Source: Nitrososphaerota archaeon
Lineage (GTDB): Archaea > Thermoproteota > EX4484-205 > JAAOZP01
Assembly: GCA_011605725.1 (NCBI GenBank)
Contig: JAAOZP010000017.1
Coordinates: 320,001 to 384,000 of the forward strand
Reading direction: 5' to 3'
DNA: 64,000 bases
Below are positions 29,739-39,511 of this stretch, in pieces. Positions within the stretch are counted from its first letter, which is position 1. Each line of letters starts with the position of its first letter. A program made the translations under genes and the position numbers. The notes below the pieces were generated by a model that was not told the origin of the DNA, did not search any database, and saw only the letters and a program-made list of their open reading frames with translations.

Positions 29739-30377
29739 TTGAGCAGTCTAGTGGAGATAGCCTTGACGTCATTCGTTGTTGCTCTTTCAGGAGCCTTAGC
29801 CCCCGGCCCTCTCATGGTGACGGCAGTCAGAGAGTCTTCAAGCAATAGGAGCAGTAAACCAGGGTTGCTCCTTTCCCTTGGACACGCCTTTGCTGAAGCG
29901 CCAGTGACCATAATCCTGGTATACGGGTTGCTCATCGTTGACAAGACGGTTCTCCCATACCTTAGCCTTATAGGCGGGGCTTTCCTTGTTGCAACAGGGC
30001 TCCTGGCAATCCTTAAGCCCAGCCGTAGGAACCTTGGTTATGAGGGAGAAACCGGGAGACGTGGAGTGTTAACGCTGATTATGCTCGGCGCCGCGGTTTC
30101 TTTTTCAAACCCCTACTGGACCACTTGGTGGGTTACGATAGGAGCTGCTTATGTTTCTAAAGCGCTTGCAATCGGAGGCCTCGGAGTCTTCTTTTTCTAT
30201 GTGAGCCATGAAATGGGAGACCTGTTGGTCCTGGGTTTAGTATCGAAAGCAGCAGCCAACGGGGCTGAAAGTATCGGTGAAAAAGGGTTTAAAATCCTAG
30301 TAGCAGTTTGCAACCTTGCGATCATGATGATAGGAGTATACTTCATGCTTGAGGGAGTAAGAGCCTTAACAGCATAG
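29739..30377 (+). CDS. LysE-family exporter
   Basis: SGALAPGPL, GHA..E, SNPYW..WW. Confidence 0.85.
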   Translation: MSSLVEIALTSFVVALSGALAPGPLMVTAVRESSSNRSSKPGLLLSLGHAFAEAPVTIILVYGLLIVDKTVLPYLSLIGGAFLVATGLLAILKPSRRNLGYEGETGRRGVLTLIMLGAAVSFSNPYWTTWWVTIGAAYVSKALAIGGLGVFFFYVSHEMGDLLVLGLVSKAAANGAESIGEKGFKILVAVCNLAIMMIGVYFMLEGVRALTA

Positions 30378-30518
30378 CGGATGCACCTCTGTTGAGACTG
30401 CTTATGTAAACAGGCCTTCTCTAAAGCTAAAAACTGGTTGAGAGAAACCTTATCCGTAGGGTTGACTGTTTTACGGCTGAAAGAGAATGTTTTTCAACCG
30501 TCATGAATCTAATGCATT

Positions 30519-33356
30519 GTGGAAAGCCCGTCCAGCGAAACGGTTGTTTCGATGCTTGCGGAACCAGTGGCGAGGCTGGTTGTTGAGAAAGGCCTTATCC
30601 CCCTTACTGAGCCACAGTTAATGGCAATACCTAAGATACTTAATGGGGAAAACGTTTTAATCGTGGCGCCAACCGGAATAGGCAAGACTGAGGCGGCAAT
30701 ACTCCCGATACTAAGCCTCATGCTTAAGGCTAGGGCTAATGTTGAGACGGGAATTTTCCTCATCTACATTACTCCATTAAGAGCTTTAAACAGGGATCTT
30801 GTAGACAGAATAAGCTGGTGGGCCAGTAGGCTCGACTTCAAGCTTTCAGTAAGGCATGGTGACACGTCGTCCTCTGAGAGGAGGACGCAGTCTTTAAGCC
30901 CTCCTCATATTCTTGTAACCACTCCTGAAACCTTCCAGATACTTCTAATAGGATCCAGATTGAGGAGTCATCTTAGAACCGTCAGGTGGATCGTGGTCGA
31001 CGAGCTTCACGAGATTGCCTCAGACAAGAGGGGAAGCCAGTTGTCACTCGCCATGGAGAGGCTTAAGAAAATCGTGGGTGAAAGAATACAGATCATAGGG
31101 CTCTCGGCAACAATAGGGGAGCCGGAACTCCTAGCCCGCTTCATGGTTGGTTCAGGCGGTGACTTCAGTGTTGTTTCAACACCTGTTCCTCGAGACATGG
31201 AGATAGGCATGGTTCTACCGGATGTTACTGATGAGGACTATGCTGTAGCCGAGAAGCTTTTGACAACACCGGAAGTGGCAGCAAGACTCCGCGTTATAAA
31301 GGAGGTTCTTAAAGACAGGCGGGCAGTACTTCTTTTCACGAACACTAGGGCTACTGCTGAAGCACTGTCCAACAAGCTGCTTGTGATGAACCTTCCGACA
31401 CCGATTTCAATCCACCATGGCTCACTTGGAGCTCAGGCACGGGTTAAAGCTGAAGAAGGCTTGAAGGAGGGGGAGTTGAGAGGCCTAGTGTGCACATCCA
31501 GTCTTGAGCTGGGGATAGACGTGGGGCTTGTAGACTTCGTTATCCAATACGGCTCGCCTAGGCAAGCCTCAAGGCTGGTTCAGAGAATTGGAAGAAGCGG
31601 GCATAGGATAGGTTTGACTCCGAAGGGGCTGATTATCTGCATGGATGAAGATGATGCTGTAGAGTCCATGGTTATAAGAAGGAGGGCTTTAAGCAATGTT
31701 TACGAACCTGTTTCACCTCCTGAAGAACCATTCGACATTTTGGCGCATCAAATCGTGGGAATGCTTCTGGAGAAACCGAGGTTAACCATGGAGGAGATCC
31801 TGAAACTGGTCAGGGGGAGCACGCCTTACACGAGGCTTTCAAGAGAATCGTTTAAACGAGTCTTAGAGTTTCTCTCATCACAGTATCCCAGGCTCTTGAC
31901 TTTCGACGAATACAGTGACACTGTGAGAGCAGGAAGGAAGAGCGGGTTGATAAAGTTCTTCTTCGAACATGTTTCAAGCATTCCTGAGGTCAAGCAGTAT
32001 CCTGTTGTAAACGAGGAGGACAATACGGTTATTGGAAACCTGGATGAGGAGTTTGTGGCGGAAAAAGGGCTTCCCGGCACTAAGTTCGTAATGGGAGGCC
32101 TAGTATGGTCAATAATCCAGGTTTACGAGGGGAAAGTTATTGTGAAAAAAGCTGAAGACCCTCTTGGAGCCGTGCCCTTCTGGACTGGCGAGGAGATACC
32201 TGTAGCATGTGAAGCAGCCATGGAGGTAGGTGCTTTAAGAAGAATGGTTGAGGAGAAGTATTTTAACGGGCTTGGGCTTAAGGAGATAGTTGAAGCAGTT
32301 TCGCAGAAATACGGGGTTAACGAGGATCTGGCTCTTAAAGCTGTTAAACCAGTCGTGGATTGTCTTAAAAGAAACATTCCTGTGGGAACGGATCGGAGGA
32401 TAGTTTTCGAGAAATGGGGAGACTACACTATTATACATGTCTGCCTCGGGGATCTTGGGAACAGGGCTCTGTCAAGGATTGTTGGAAACATAGTTCTCTC
32501 TGAAATAGGCTTAACAGTTCCGGTGAGCAGGGACCCATATAGGGTTATGGTTGAGCGATCAGTCTCACCGTCAGTCATTCTTGAAAAGATTAAGAGTCTT
32601 AGCGAGAAGGATGTTGAAAGAATGCTGCTTGAAAACGTTGAAACAGTGGGATTGTTTAAACGGAGGTTTCTTCACGTCGCTCGAAGAATGGGGATAATAG
32701 AGAAGAATGCTGACTTAACATCCATAAGGCTTGAAAACCTGATAAGGAGTAGCAGGGGTACTGTTGTCTACGATGAAGCTGTTAAAGAGCTTTTGTCTAA
32801 AGACTATGAAACAAGACCCCTCCTGCAGCTTTTAAGAGACCTTTCCTCTGGAAGAATAGAGGCTGTGATCTATGAGAACCCTGGTGATCCATCGCCCTTA
32901 GCTCAGCCGATTCTAAGACAGGCTGAGAGGCATCTCGACATCTACACGCCTGAGAACGTTGAGAAAATAGTTTTAATGTATGCTTCCGCAAGGCTGAGAA
33001 ACACTCCTTTAGAGCTTGCCTGCAGTGAATGCGGGCTCATACATGGCACGGTTAAACCCTTAGAATACACTTCAGGAGCAAAATGCAGCAGGTGCGGTGG
33101 AAGACTTGGAGTAAACCCTAGCCCGGGCTTAAGGATTAGACGCGGCAAATCCAGGAGGATGAGAACTGTTTTCAAGAAGATCGCTAAGACTGCGGAGCTG
33201 CTTGAGAAGTATGGTGGTGACGCTGCCTTAGCCTTAGCTGGAAGAGGGTTGAGCCTGAAGACTGTTGAAAAAATTCTTGTAAGGAGAAGCATAACCGGGG
33301 AGGATCTTGTGAAGTTGATTGTGGACGCTGAGAGAAGAAGGCTTCAAACCAGTTGA
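30519..33356 (+). CDS. lhr: Lhr-family SF2 helicase with C-terminal Zn finger
   Basis: APTGIGKT, PLRALNRD, DELH, GLSAT, TSSLELGID, QRIGRSGH, C-terminal CxxC/CxxC. Confidence 0.9.
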   Translation: MESPSSETVVSMLAEPVARLVVEKGLIPLTEPQLMAIPKILNGENVLIVAPTGIGKTEAAILPILSLMLKARANVETGIFLIYITPLRALNRDLVDRISWWASRLDFKLSVRHGDTSSSERRTQSLSPPHILVTTPETFQILLIGSRLRSHLRTVRWIVVDELHEIASDKRGSQLSLAMERLKKIVGERIQIIGLSATIGEPELLARFMVGSGGDFSVVSTPVPRDMEIGMVLPDVTDEDYAVAEKLLTTPEVAARLRVIKEVLKDRRAVLLFTNTRATAEALSNKLLVMNLPTPISIHHGSLGAQARVKAEEGLKEGELRGLVCTSSLELGIDVGLVDFVIQYGSPRQASRLVQRIGRSGHRIGLTPKGLIICMDEDDAVESMVIRRRALSNVYEPVSPPEEPFDILAHQIVGMLLEKPRLTMEEILKLVRGSTPYTRLSRESFKRVLEFLSSQYPRLLTFDEYSDTVRAGRKSGLIKFFFEHVSSIPEVKQYPVVNEEDNTVIGNLDEEFVAEKGLPGTKFVMGGLVWSIIQVYEGKVIVKKAEDPLGAVPFWTGEEIPVACEAAMEVGALRRMVEEKYFNGLGLKEIVEAVSQKYGVNEDLALKAVKPVVDCLKRNIPVGTDRRIVFEKWGDYTIIHVCLGDLGNRALSRIVGNIVLSEIGLTVPVSRDPYRVMVERSVSPSVILEKIKSLSEKDVERMLLENVETVGLFKRRFLHVARRMGIIEKNADLTSIRLENLIRSSRGTVVYDEAVKELLSKDYETRPLLQLLRDLSSGRIEAVIYENPGDPSPLAQPILRQAERHLDIYTPENVEKIVLMYASARLRNTPLELACSECGLIHGTVKPLEYTSGAKCSRCGGRLGVNPSPGLRIRRGKSRRMRTVFKKIAKTAELLEKYGGDAALALAGRGLSLKTVEKILVRRSITGEDLVKLIVDAERRRLQTS

Positions 33357-33361
33357 AAACC

Positions 33362-33913
33362 CTAGGCGCTTAAAACATAATGGATGAATTTTTCAACATC
33401 TAGCTCAGCGAAGGTTCTCCAGCCCAGCACAAGATTGTTCCCGTCCTCAGCAATATAGCCCCTTTTAATATATTTGGATAGGTTCAGCCTGACCCGCCAC
33501 TCTGGAAACTTCTTCCTAAGAATCTCCTCAACCTCTTTAACGGGGGCTGAACCCTTTCGAGAAATTATTGTGGATATTACTACAGCTAGGCCGGCTACCT
33601 CGTCTATCGACCAGCCCATGGTTTTAACCGCAGTCAGACTCAGCTCATCCTTAAGCGTAACGTAGAACCTTGCAGTTGAAAGCTTACTCTCGTCCTCGCT
33701 CACGCTAAGCTCCCTACCGTCGTCTGAAACAATCTTTATAGTTAGGCCCAGGTCTTGGAGACGCGTGTTTAGAAACTTTATTACAGAAAGATAGCCTGGC
33801 CCAAGGTTCTTCTTAAGCTCCCAACCCTTGACACCTGGAATCCTATGGCTTTTGAACAACAATAGTTGGACAGCCCGCGTAACCCTGTTCCTAATCTTTT
33901 CCTCTTGCTCCAA
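33362..33913 (-). CDS. KITE-like tandem winged-helix protein (ScpB/Nse1/Nse3-like)
   Basis: Two wHTH-sized halves; LNTRLQDLGLTI and C-terminal GYI...LGWRTFAEL resemble KITE patterns; operonic with a kleisin-like gene. Confidence 0.6.
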   Translation of the reverse strand: MEQEEKIRNRVTRAVQLLLFKSHRIPGVKGWELKKNLGPGYLSVIKFLNTRLQDLGLTIKIVSDDGRELSVSEDESKLSTARFYVTLKDELSLTAVKTMGWSIDEVAGLAVVISTIISRKGSAPVKEVEEILRKKFPEWRVRLNLSKYIKRGYIAEDGNNLVLGWRTFAELDVEKFIHYVLSA

Positions 33914-33926
33914 TCTTCAACGCCAC

Positions 33927-34640
33927 CTAGATTGGTAGGGCTACGGAATGTTTACCAACGTTCTTAGGGCTTGTTCTGAAAATCCAGACTCTGTTTCTCA
34001 AAGGATCCTGAACAACCCCTACTAGACCCCTCATCATGAGAAAGCTTAAAACAAGTGCTCTAAAAACCTTCCTGTCCTCACCCTCTCTTCCCACGAAATC
34101 ATAATAGTCAACCGTTTCACGGCCGATCTCGCCTAGAAGCCTTTCCATCTCCCTTTCCAAGTCAGCCTCCTCCATCGGAAGGATCTCTGCGAGCGCGCTG
34201 AGCCTACTGGTTTCGGGAGCTCCTCCGCCTCCAGGCAGACTGTATTCTCTAAGGTTAGCCCAGTAGCCGTAGGCTGAACGCATAAGCCCCAGGGTAGCCT
34301 GCTCGTTCTCAGCAATAGGCCGGAAAGCCTTTAGGAAAGCCTCTGCAAGCCTCTCCCTGTCTAGACTCATGAGTCTAACCTCCATTAGAAAAGGGTCTAA
34401 GTAAAGCCTGCTAGCCCTCTTCTTAACATCCTCCTGCTGGAGAGCAATAACATAGATTATTTTGAGCAGTGCAGCCATATTCATAACCAGGGTTTTCTCA
34501 TCCATCTCAGACAGGCCTTCCCTGAGCCTCTTAAGATTCTCCTTAACGTCGACAACGAAAGGATCAATATTCTTCTCAATAACCTCGTCGCATAGGCGGA
34601 TAATCCTCTCGATCAGCTCCGCATACTTACTGGATGACAT
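33927..34640 (-). CDS. Kleisin-like protein (ScpA/Nse4-like)
   Basis: N-terminal IDPFVVDV (cf. ScpA 'DPWDIDI'), C-terminal ALVLSFLMMRGLVGVVQDP (cf. kleisin C-terminal wHTH). Confidence 0.65.
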   Translation of the reverse strand: MSSSKYAELIERIIRLCDEVIEKNIDPFVVDVKENLKRLREGLSEMDEKTLVMNMAALLKIIYVIALQQEDVKKRASRLYLDPFLMEVRLMSLDRERLAEAFLKAFRPIAENEQATLGLMRSAYGYWANLREYSLPGGGGAPETSRLSALAEILPMEEADLEREMERLLGEIGRETVDYYDFVGREGEDRKVFRALVLSFLMMRGLVGVVQDPLRNRVWIFRTSPKNVGKHSVALPI

Positions 34641-35052
34641 TCATTTCAACCCGCTTTCCAGAGCATTCAGACGATGAAGAGAAGGAATATAAGCATTAAT
34701 TTCCGGTAAACCGGTATGCTTAAAACATGGTGTTGAAGCTCTTGCCGAGACCATTTAAAACTATTCTGAATTAGGAGGTAAGCTAACCCCATTTATATGC
34801 AAACCTTAAGCGATAGAAACACGGTTTCACGCAGAAGTACGTATGCAATTCTTTCATGGCAAATCAGCATCACAGCGGCTCCAGACTCAAAAAGGAGAAT
34901 GCTTCCTAATGCGGTGGAAAAATAGCATGCAGCATGTCGGCTTACACCCTGTCTTGAGGAGAGAAGCATCAGGGATGCTTCAGAGAAACACACATGGTAA
35001 CGCGGCCAAAGTATAAAAAGGGCGTGCACTATAAAGGGTTTTTGAGCCGGAG

Positions 35053-35832
35053 TTGAACGATGCTTTTAAAGAAGGCGGGGACGTTCTCCTAGTCTCAGCC
35101 AAAGGTAAGAAAAGAGTTGTTAAGATTCAGGGAGACCGAATTCATACTCATAGAGGATATATTCAGACCGGTAGCATTATCGGTAGCAAGCCTGGGATAA
35201 TGGTTAAAACCCACACTGGAGACGAGATGCTTGCCGTTAAGCCCCTTGTTGCCGACTATATTCCTAAACTCTCCAGGAGGACGCAGATAATGTATCCTAA
35301 GGATCTCGGATACATGGTTCTAAGCCTCGGAATATCACCCGGTTTCAAGGTTTTGGACGCTGGTACTGGCAGCGGGGCTGCCGCCATGGTTATGGCAAGC
35401 CTCGTAAGGCCGACTGGAAGAGTATTCTCATACGATGTTGATGAGGAATCACTGGCGATCGCCAGGAGGAACCTTGAAAGAGTAGGCCTCCTCGAATACG
35501 TTGAGCTTGTGCACGAGGATGTTAAAACAGCCGTTTTCAAAGAGCTCTTCGACGCTGCATTAATGGATCTTCCAGACCCTTGGGAAGCCTTGCTGAACGT
35601 TTCCAGGTTTCTTAAGCCGTCGGCCAGAATATGCCTTGTACTGCCTACTATGAACCAGCTGGAGAAGGCTTACTCCGCGCTGGTAGACTCTGGAATAGCG
35701 CATCTCGAAACCGTAGAAATACTTCTGAGAAGAATAAGGCCTTTCCAGGGAAAGGTTCGGCCCGAGTCTCTGATGACTGGGCACACTGCTTACCTTATGC
35801 TTGGCGTAAAAGTTTCCAGAGAAAACGTTTAA
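35053..35832 (+). CDS. trmI: tRNA (adenine-N1)-methyltransferase
   Basis: HTHRG, RRTQIMYPKD, DAGTGSG, DLPDPW, RP...MTGHTAYL. Confidence 0.92.
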   Translation: MNDAFKEGGDVLLVSAKGKKRVVKIQGDRIHTHRGYIQTGSIIGSKPGIMVKTHTGDEMLAVKPLVADYIPKLSRRTQIMYPKDLGYMVLSLGISPGFKVLDAGTGSGAAAMVMASLVRPTGRVFSYDVDEESLAIARRNLERVGLLEYVELVHEDVKTAVFKELFDAALMDLPDPWEALLNVSRFLKPSARICLVLPTMNQLEKAYSALVDSGIAHLETVEILLRRIRPFQGKVRPESLMTGHTAYLMLGVKVSRENV

Positions 35833-35859
35833 AAAGAGCGTGAAGAGGGAAGCGTCGGG

Positions 35860-36441
35860 TTGGAGAAGAAGGAAGCGGTTTACTCAGCTGGAAACCTGCT
35901 TGTGCTGATAGGTTTAACTGTTCTTTCAGCCTTCATGTTCGTCACAAGCCTTCAGGTCACCGGCTTTCTAAGAACCAGTGTCAATCTTTTCAGCTCCGCC
36001 CTCATATTCATAGGGTCAGTACTCCCATTCCTGCTTAAAGAGATGGAAGCTGAACAGAGAATGAGAAGCATTGGGCTAAGATGCTTTACATCAAGCTTCA
36101 TAATGTCAATACTGCTTCTGGCTCAAACAGTGTTTCGAGGATTCGCCTCAACAGTGCCGATTTTAACGTCGCTAGCATTAGGATTATCAGGCATATCGGC
36201 ATACCTTCTCTCTAGAACTGGAAGAGTCGCGATGCCGTCAATCATGGAGATACTATTGTTTGTCTCAGTAATAATGGTGTTTTCAGCGCCAATGATCCAG
36301 TTGTTTCTAATAGACCTTGGAATGAGCATTAATACTGCTAGACTAGTGTCAATCAGCATACTAATCGTGTTCACAGGAGTGCTCTATGTTTCACTCAAGA
36401 AGGCCAGTAAATCCTCTGAAACCGGTTCAAGAGAAAAATAG
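35860..36441 (+). CDS. Hypothetical multi-pass membrane protein
   Basis: About 6 hydrophobic helices. Confidence 0.65.
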   Translation: MEKKEAVYSAGNLLVLIGLTVLSAFMFVTSLQVTGFLRTSVNLFSSALIFIGSVLPFLLKEMEAEQRMRSIGLRCFTSSFIMSILLLAQTVFRGFASTVPILTSLALGLSGISAYLLSRTGRVAMPSIMEILLFVSVIMVFSAPMIQLFLIDLGMSINTARLVSISILIVFTGVLYVSLKKASKSSETGSREK

Positions 36442-36508
36442 AGCTGTTTAGCGAATGCTAGCCGTCGGACACGTAATGCTTAAAACTGTCTTGAAAAGTG
36501 TCTGAACA

Positions 36509-36712
36509 GGGTAGACCAGGCTCCTGCTCGGGGGAAACTCTGAAGCAGGCCTCAACCTCTTGAGGAGGGTACAAGCCGCCTTGACCATGGGGATTGGGCG
36601 TGAAACCCGTGGAGAGGTTGAAGCAGCCCTCCCAAGATGTTGCGGAGTAAAAGCATCCTCCTCAGGCTTGTTGAAAAGCGGATTGGGGAGGATGAGCCTA
36701 CTAGCCTGGGCC
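36509..36712 (+). ncRNA. Candidate structured non-coding RNA of unknown family
   Basis: GC-rich intergenic stretch with multiple helices containing G-U pairs on the + strand, a GAAA tetraloop, terminal pairing CCAGGCT/AGCCTGG, and TATA-like CTTAAAA at 36479. Confidence 0.5.
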
Positions 36713-37011
36713 CAAATGCTTCCCGAGACTCGCGTACATGGTTGAGACCTTGTTTAAACCATCTGACGGTTAATGCAGTAGGTGTTGTCCTCTACACCAT
36801 CTTAATGCATAACAGGTTTTCAGCTGAAGCACTTGTTGAAGCTGCGCTAATAGGCGGCTTCCTTATCGGTTACGCGGAAAACCCGCTTACCTTGAAAAAC
36901 ATCTGACTTGTGAAAAGCCTGAGACGTTTGCCATAGTAATGATAGGAGTCGTGCCTCATCCCACCCCAGCAATCCTTATTAAACCTGAGTTGTTATGCCC
37001 GCATTGTAGAA

Positions 37012-39402
37012 ATGAGTAGTCTCTTTAAATCTTCAGAGCTCCTTTTAACCTCAACAAGGATTGAACAGCTTTTCAAAAACATTAAGGATGAGCCTCATTA
37101 CTATGTGGATATGCATATCCACTCTAAGTATAGCAGGGCCACTAGTGCCAATATGACTCTCGAAAACATTGCTTTCTCCGCCAGGCTGAAAGGTCTGAAC
37201 ATCGTGGGAACCGGAGACTGTACGCATACCAAATGGTTAAAGGAGCTTAAGAAGAAGCTTGTCGAATCTTACCCTGGTCTCTACAGGTTGAGAAGCGAGA
37301 GGAATCCGGAGCAAACCACGCTCTTCCTGATTCAAGGAGAAGTTAACACCGTCTACCGTGATGAGAATGCTGTTAAAAGGATACACCACGTAATACTTTT
37401 CCCAGACTTCGACACTGTTGAACAGGCCTATGACGCTTTAAAGCATACTGGTGACCTTAATGCTGACGGGAGGCCGTTGCTCGAATGCTCTTCCCCAGAG
37501 CTTGTCGAAACCTTGAAAAGCATTTCGAAAGACATCGAGGTCTTCCCGGCGCATGTTTGGACCCCGCACTTCAGCATTTTCGGCATTCACGGCTACACTA
37601 GTGTTAAGGAATGCTATAAGGATAAGCATAGCGAGATACATGCTCTCGAAACGGGATTATCTTGTTACGATGAAAAGACAGAAGTTTTAACGGAAGAAGG
37701 TTGGAAAAAATTCTCCGAAGTAAAACCAAGCGATAAAATATATACTTTAAACCCAAAAACAGGAGAAATCGAGCTTCAACATCCCAGAGGAATCTTCTCC
37801 TACTGGTATAAAGGCAGAATGTACAGGTTGAAAACTCGAAGTGTTGATTTACTTGTCACGCCGAATCACAATCTCTTCATTACCACGTGCGACTTTAGGA
37901 ATCCAAAAACATCTTTCTTAAAGCAGGCGAGAGAAGTATTTGGGAAATCCAAAAGTTTTAAGAAGGATGGGAAATGGAACGGTAACAACGAAGAATATTT
38001 TACCCTCCCCTCCCTAGAAATTAGGCATGGAAACCGGTATTATTCTGGTCTAAGAAGAATACCTGAGAAGAAAATACCAATGAAAGACTGGTTAAAATTC
38101 TTTGGATTTTGGTTGGCTGAAGGTTGGACAACGAGGGAGAAAAACGGAGATTATAATGTTTGCGTTTCTTGCAAAGATGGGAAGTTAATTTCTGAAATGA
38201 AAAAGCTGCTTCAAAGTTTTGGATACAGGGTTTTCCAGAACAAGAAACACCATATACTTAGAGTGAGAAACTATCAGTTGTTCGCTTATCTTGAGCAATT
38301 CGGTAAACGTCATGAGAAATTTATTCCAAAAGATGTGAAAATGCTTTCGAAAGACCTTCTCAAGATATTGCTTGACTACTACATTAAAGGCTGTGGCCAC
38401 ATTCACGGAAGGACTAACAAGGGGCTATCTGCAACTACAACCTCCACAAGACTCAGAGATGACCTGCAGGAAATAGCTTTAAAGATTGGAATATCCGCCT
38501 ATTTTAAGCTCGATAAGAAAAAGGGGAATCCTTTGAAAAGTCTTTCCTCAGGAAAGAAGACTTACAGGCAGAGCAATGATTCTTGGACGGTTTATTTCAT
38601 CAGAAAAAACACACATACTGTTATTCCCTCGACCATAAGGAAAAATAAGTATATAGAAAGATGGGTAGATTTTAAGGGAAGAGTATACTGTGTATCAGTT
38701 CCTAATAAAGTAATTTATGTAAGAAGAAACGGGATTCCTGTATGGTGTGGCAATTCAGATCCTCCAATGAACTGGAGGGTTTCAAGCAATGATCGCTACG
38801 TGTTGGTTTCTAACAGCGATTCTCACTCTTACTATCCTTGGAGGCTCGGCAGAGAGGCTAACCTTATGCTCTTGGAGGATTTGAGCTATAGGAGCATACT
38901 GGATGCGATCCGTAAACAGGGCAGGTCTAGAATAATCCTCACTATCGAAACCTATCCTGAACATGGGAAATATTATCTTCCAGGTCATCGAAAATGCAAG
39001 GTTTCAGTTGACCCCGAGAAGTATTTTAAGCTTAAAGGAGTCTGCCCGGTGTGCGGCAAAAAGCTCACGCCTGGAGTAGAGACGCATATAGAAGAACTCG
39101 CTGACCGTCCTAGGGGCATAAAGCCGAGGGATGCTCCAGACTATATTCATCTCATACCGCTTTCAGAGATAATAAGCTATGTTTACTCCACAAGTTTAGA
39201 TTCCAAGAAGGCTTGGAGCATTTACTACAGTCTGGTAAAGAAGCTTGGAAGCGAATATCGTCTGCTGGTTGAAACCCCTGTGGAGAAGCTGGCAAAACAC
39301 GATAAGAAGCTGGCCTACGTGGTGGAAAAAATTAGAAATGACAGGGTTAAAATAAGGCCCGGATATGATGGAGTATATGGAAAGATTGAGGTAGTCGAAT
39401 AG
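37012..39402 (+). CDS. Endonuclease Q (PHP + Zn finger), intein-interrupted
   Basis: DMHIHSKYS, GTGD, PAHVWTP, ETGLS|SDPPM, SNSDSHS..P.RLGRE, GKY..C..CPVC, PGYDGVYG. Confidence 0.9.
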   Translation: MSSLFKSSELLLTSTRIEQLFKNIKDEPHYYVDMHIHSKYSRATSANMTLENIAFSARLKGLNIVGTGDCTHTKWLKELKKKLVESYPGLYRLRSERNPEQTTLFLIQGEVNTVYRDENAVKRIHHVILFPDFDTVEQAYDALKHTGDLNADGRPLLECSSPELVETLKSISKDIEVFPAHVWTPHFSIFGIHGYTSVKECYKDKHSEIHALETGLSCYDEKTEVLTEEGWKKFSEVKPSDKIYTLNPKTGEIELQHPRGIFSYWYKGRMYRLKTRSVDLLVTPNHNLFITTCDFRNPKTSFLKQAREVFGKSKSFKKDGKWNGNNEEYFTLPSLEIRHGNRYYSGLRRIPEKKIPMKDWLKFFGFWLAEGWTTREKNGDYNVCVSCKDGKLISEMKKLLQSFGYRVFQNKKHHILRVRNYQLFAYLEQFGKRHEKFIPKDVKMLSKDLLKILLDYYIKGCGHIHGRTNKGLSATTTSTRLRDDLQEIALKIGISAYFKLDKKKGNPLKSLSSGKKTYRQSNDSWTVYFIRKNTHTVIPSTIRKNKYIERWVDFKGRVYCVSVPNKVIYVRRNGIPVWCGNSDPPMNWRVSSNDRYVLVSNSDSHSYYPWRLGREANLMLLEDLSYRSILDAIRKQGRSRIILTIETYPEHGKYYLPGHRKCKVSVDPEKYFKLKGVCPVCGKKLTPGVETHIEELADRPRGIKPRDAPDYIHLIPLSEIISYVYSTSLDSKKAWSIYYSLVKKLGSEYRLLVETPVEKLAKHDKKLAYVVEKIRNDRVKIRPGYDGVYGKIEVVE
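37663..38754 (+). mobile_element. Intein (364 aa) with LAGLIDADG homing-endonuclease domain
   Basis: Starts CYDEKTEVLT, block B LLVTPNH, FFGFWLAEG / LLDYYIKGCG, ends VYCVSVPN...WCGN|S; removal restores ETGLS-SDPPM; AT-richer than flanks. Confidence 0.93.
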
Positions 39403-39511
39403 GCACGTGCGCTAAATTTTTATCGCACGCGCTTCAGCAATTACTCTGTGGATAAAGATTTGCCGAAGTATAAAAAGTTTAAGAAAGAGCCGCTTGTACT
39501 ACCTAGGTTTA

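Noticed and set aside
36531-36545. GGGGAAACTC resembling RNase P RNA CR-I
   Set aside because: No complementary P4 3' strand or CR-V motif; the sequence forms a local hairpin instead
36560-36906. Track ORFs over the structured region
   Set aside because: Implausible peptides; only 36770-36900 looks like a membrane-gene remnant, too weak to call
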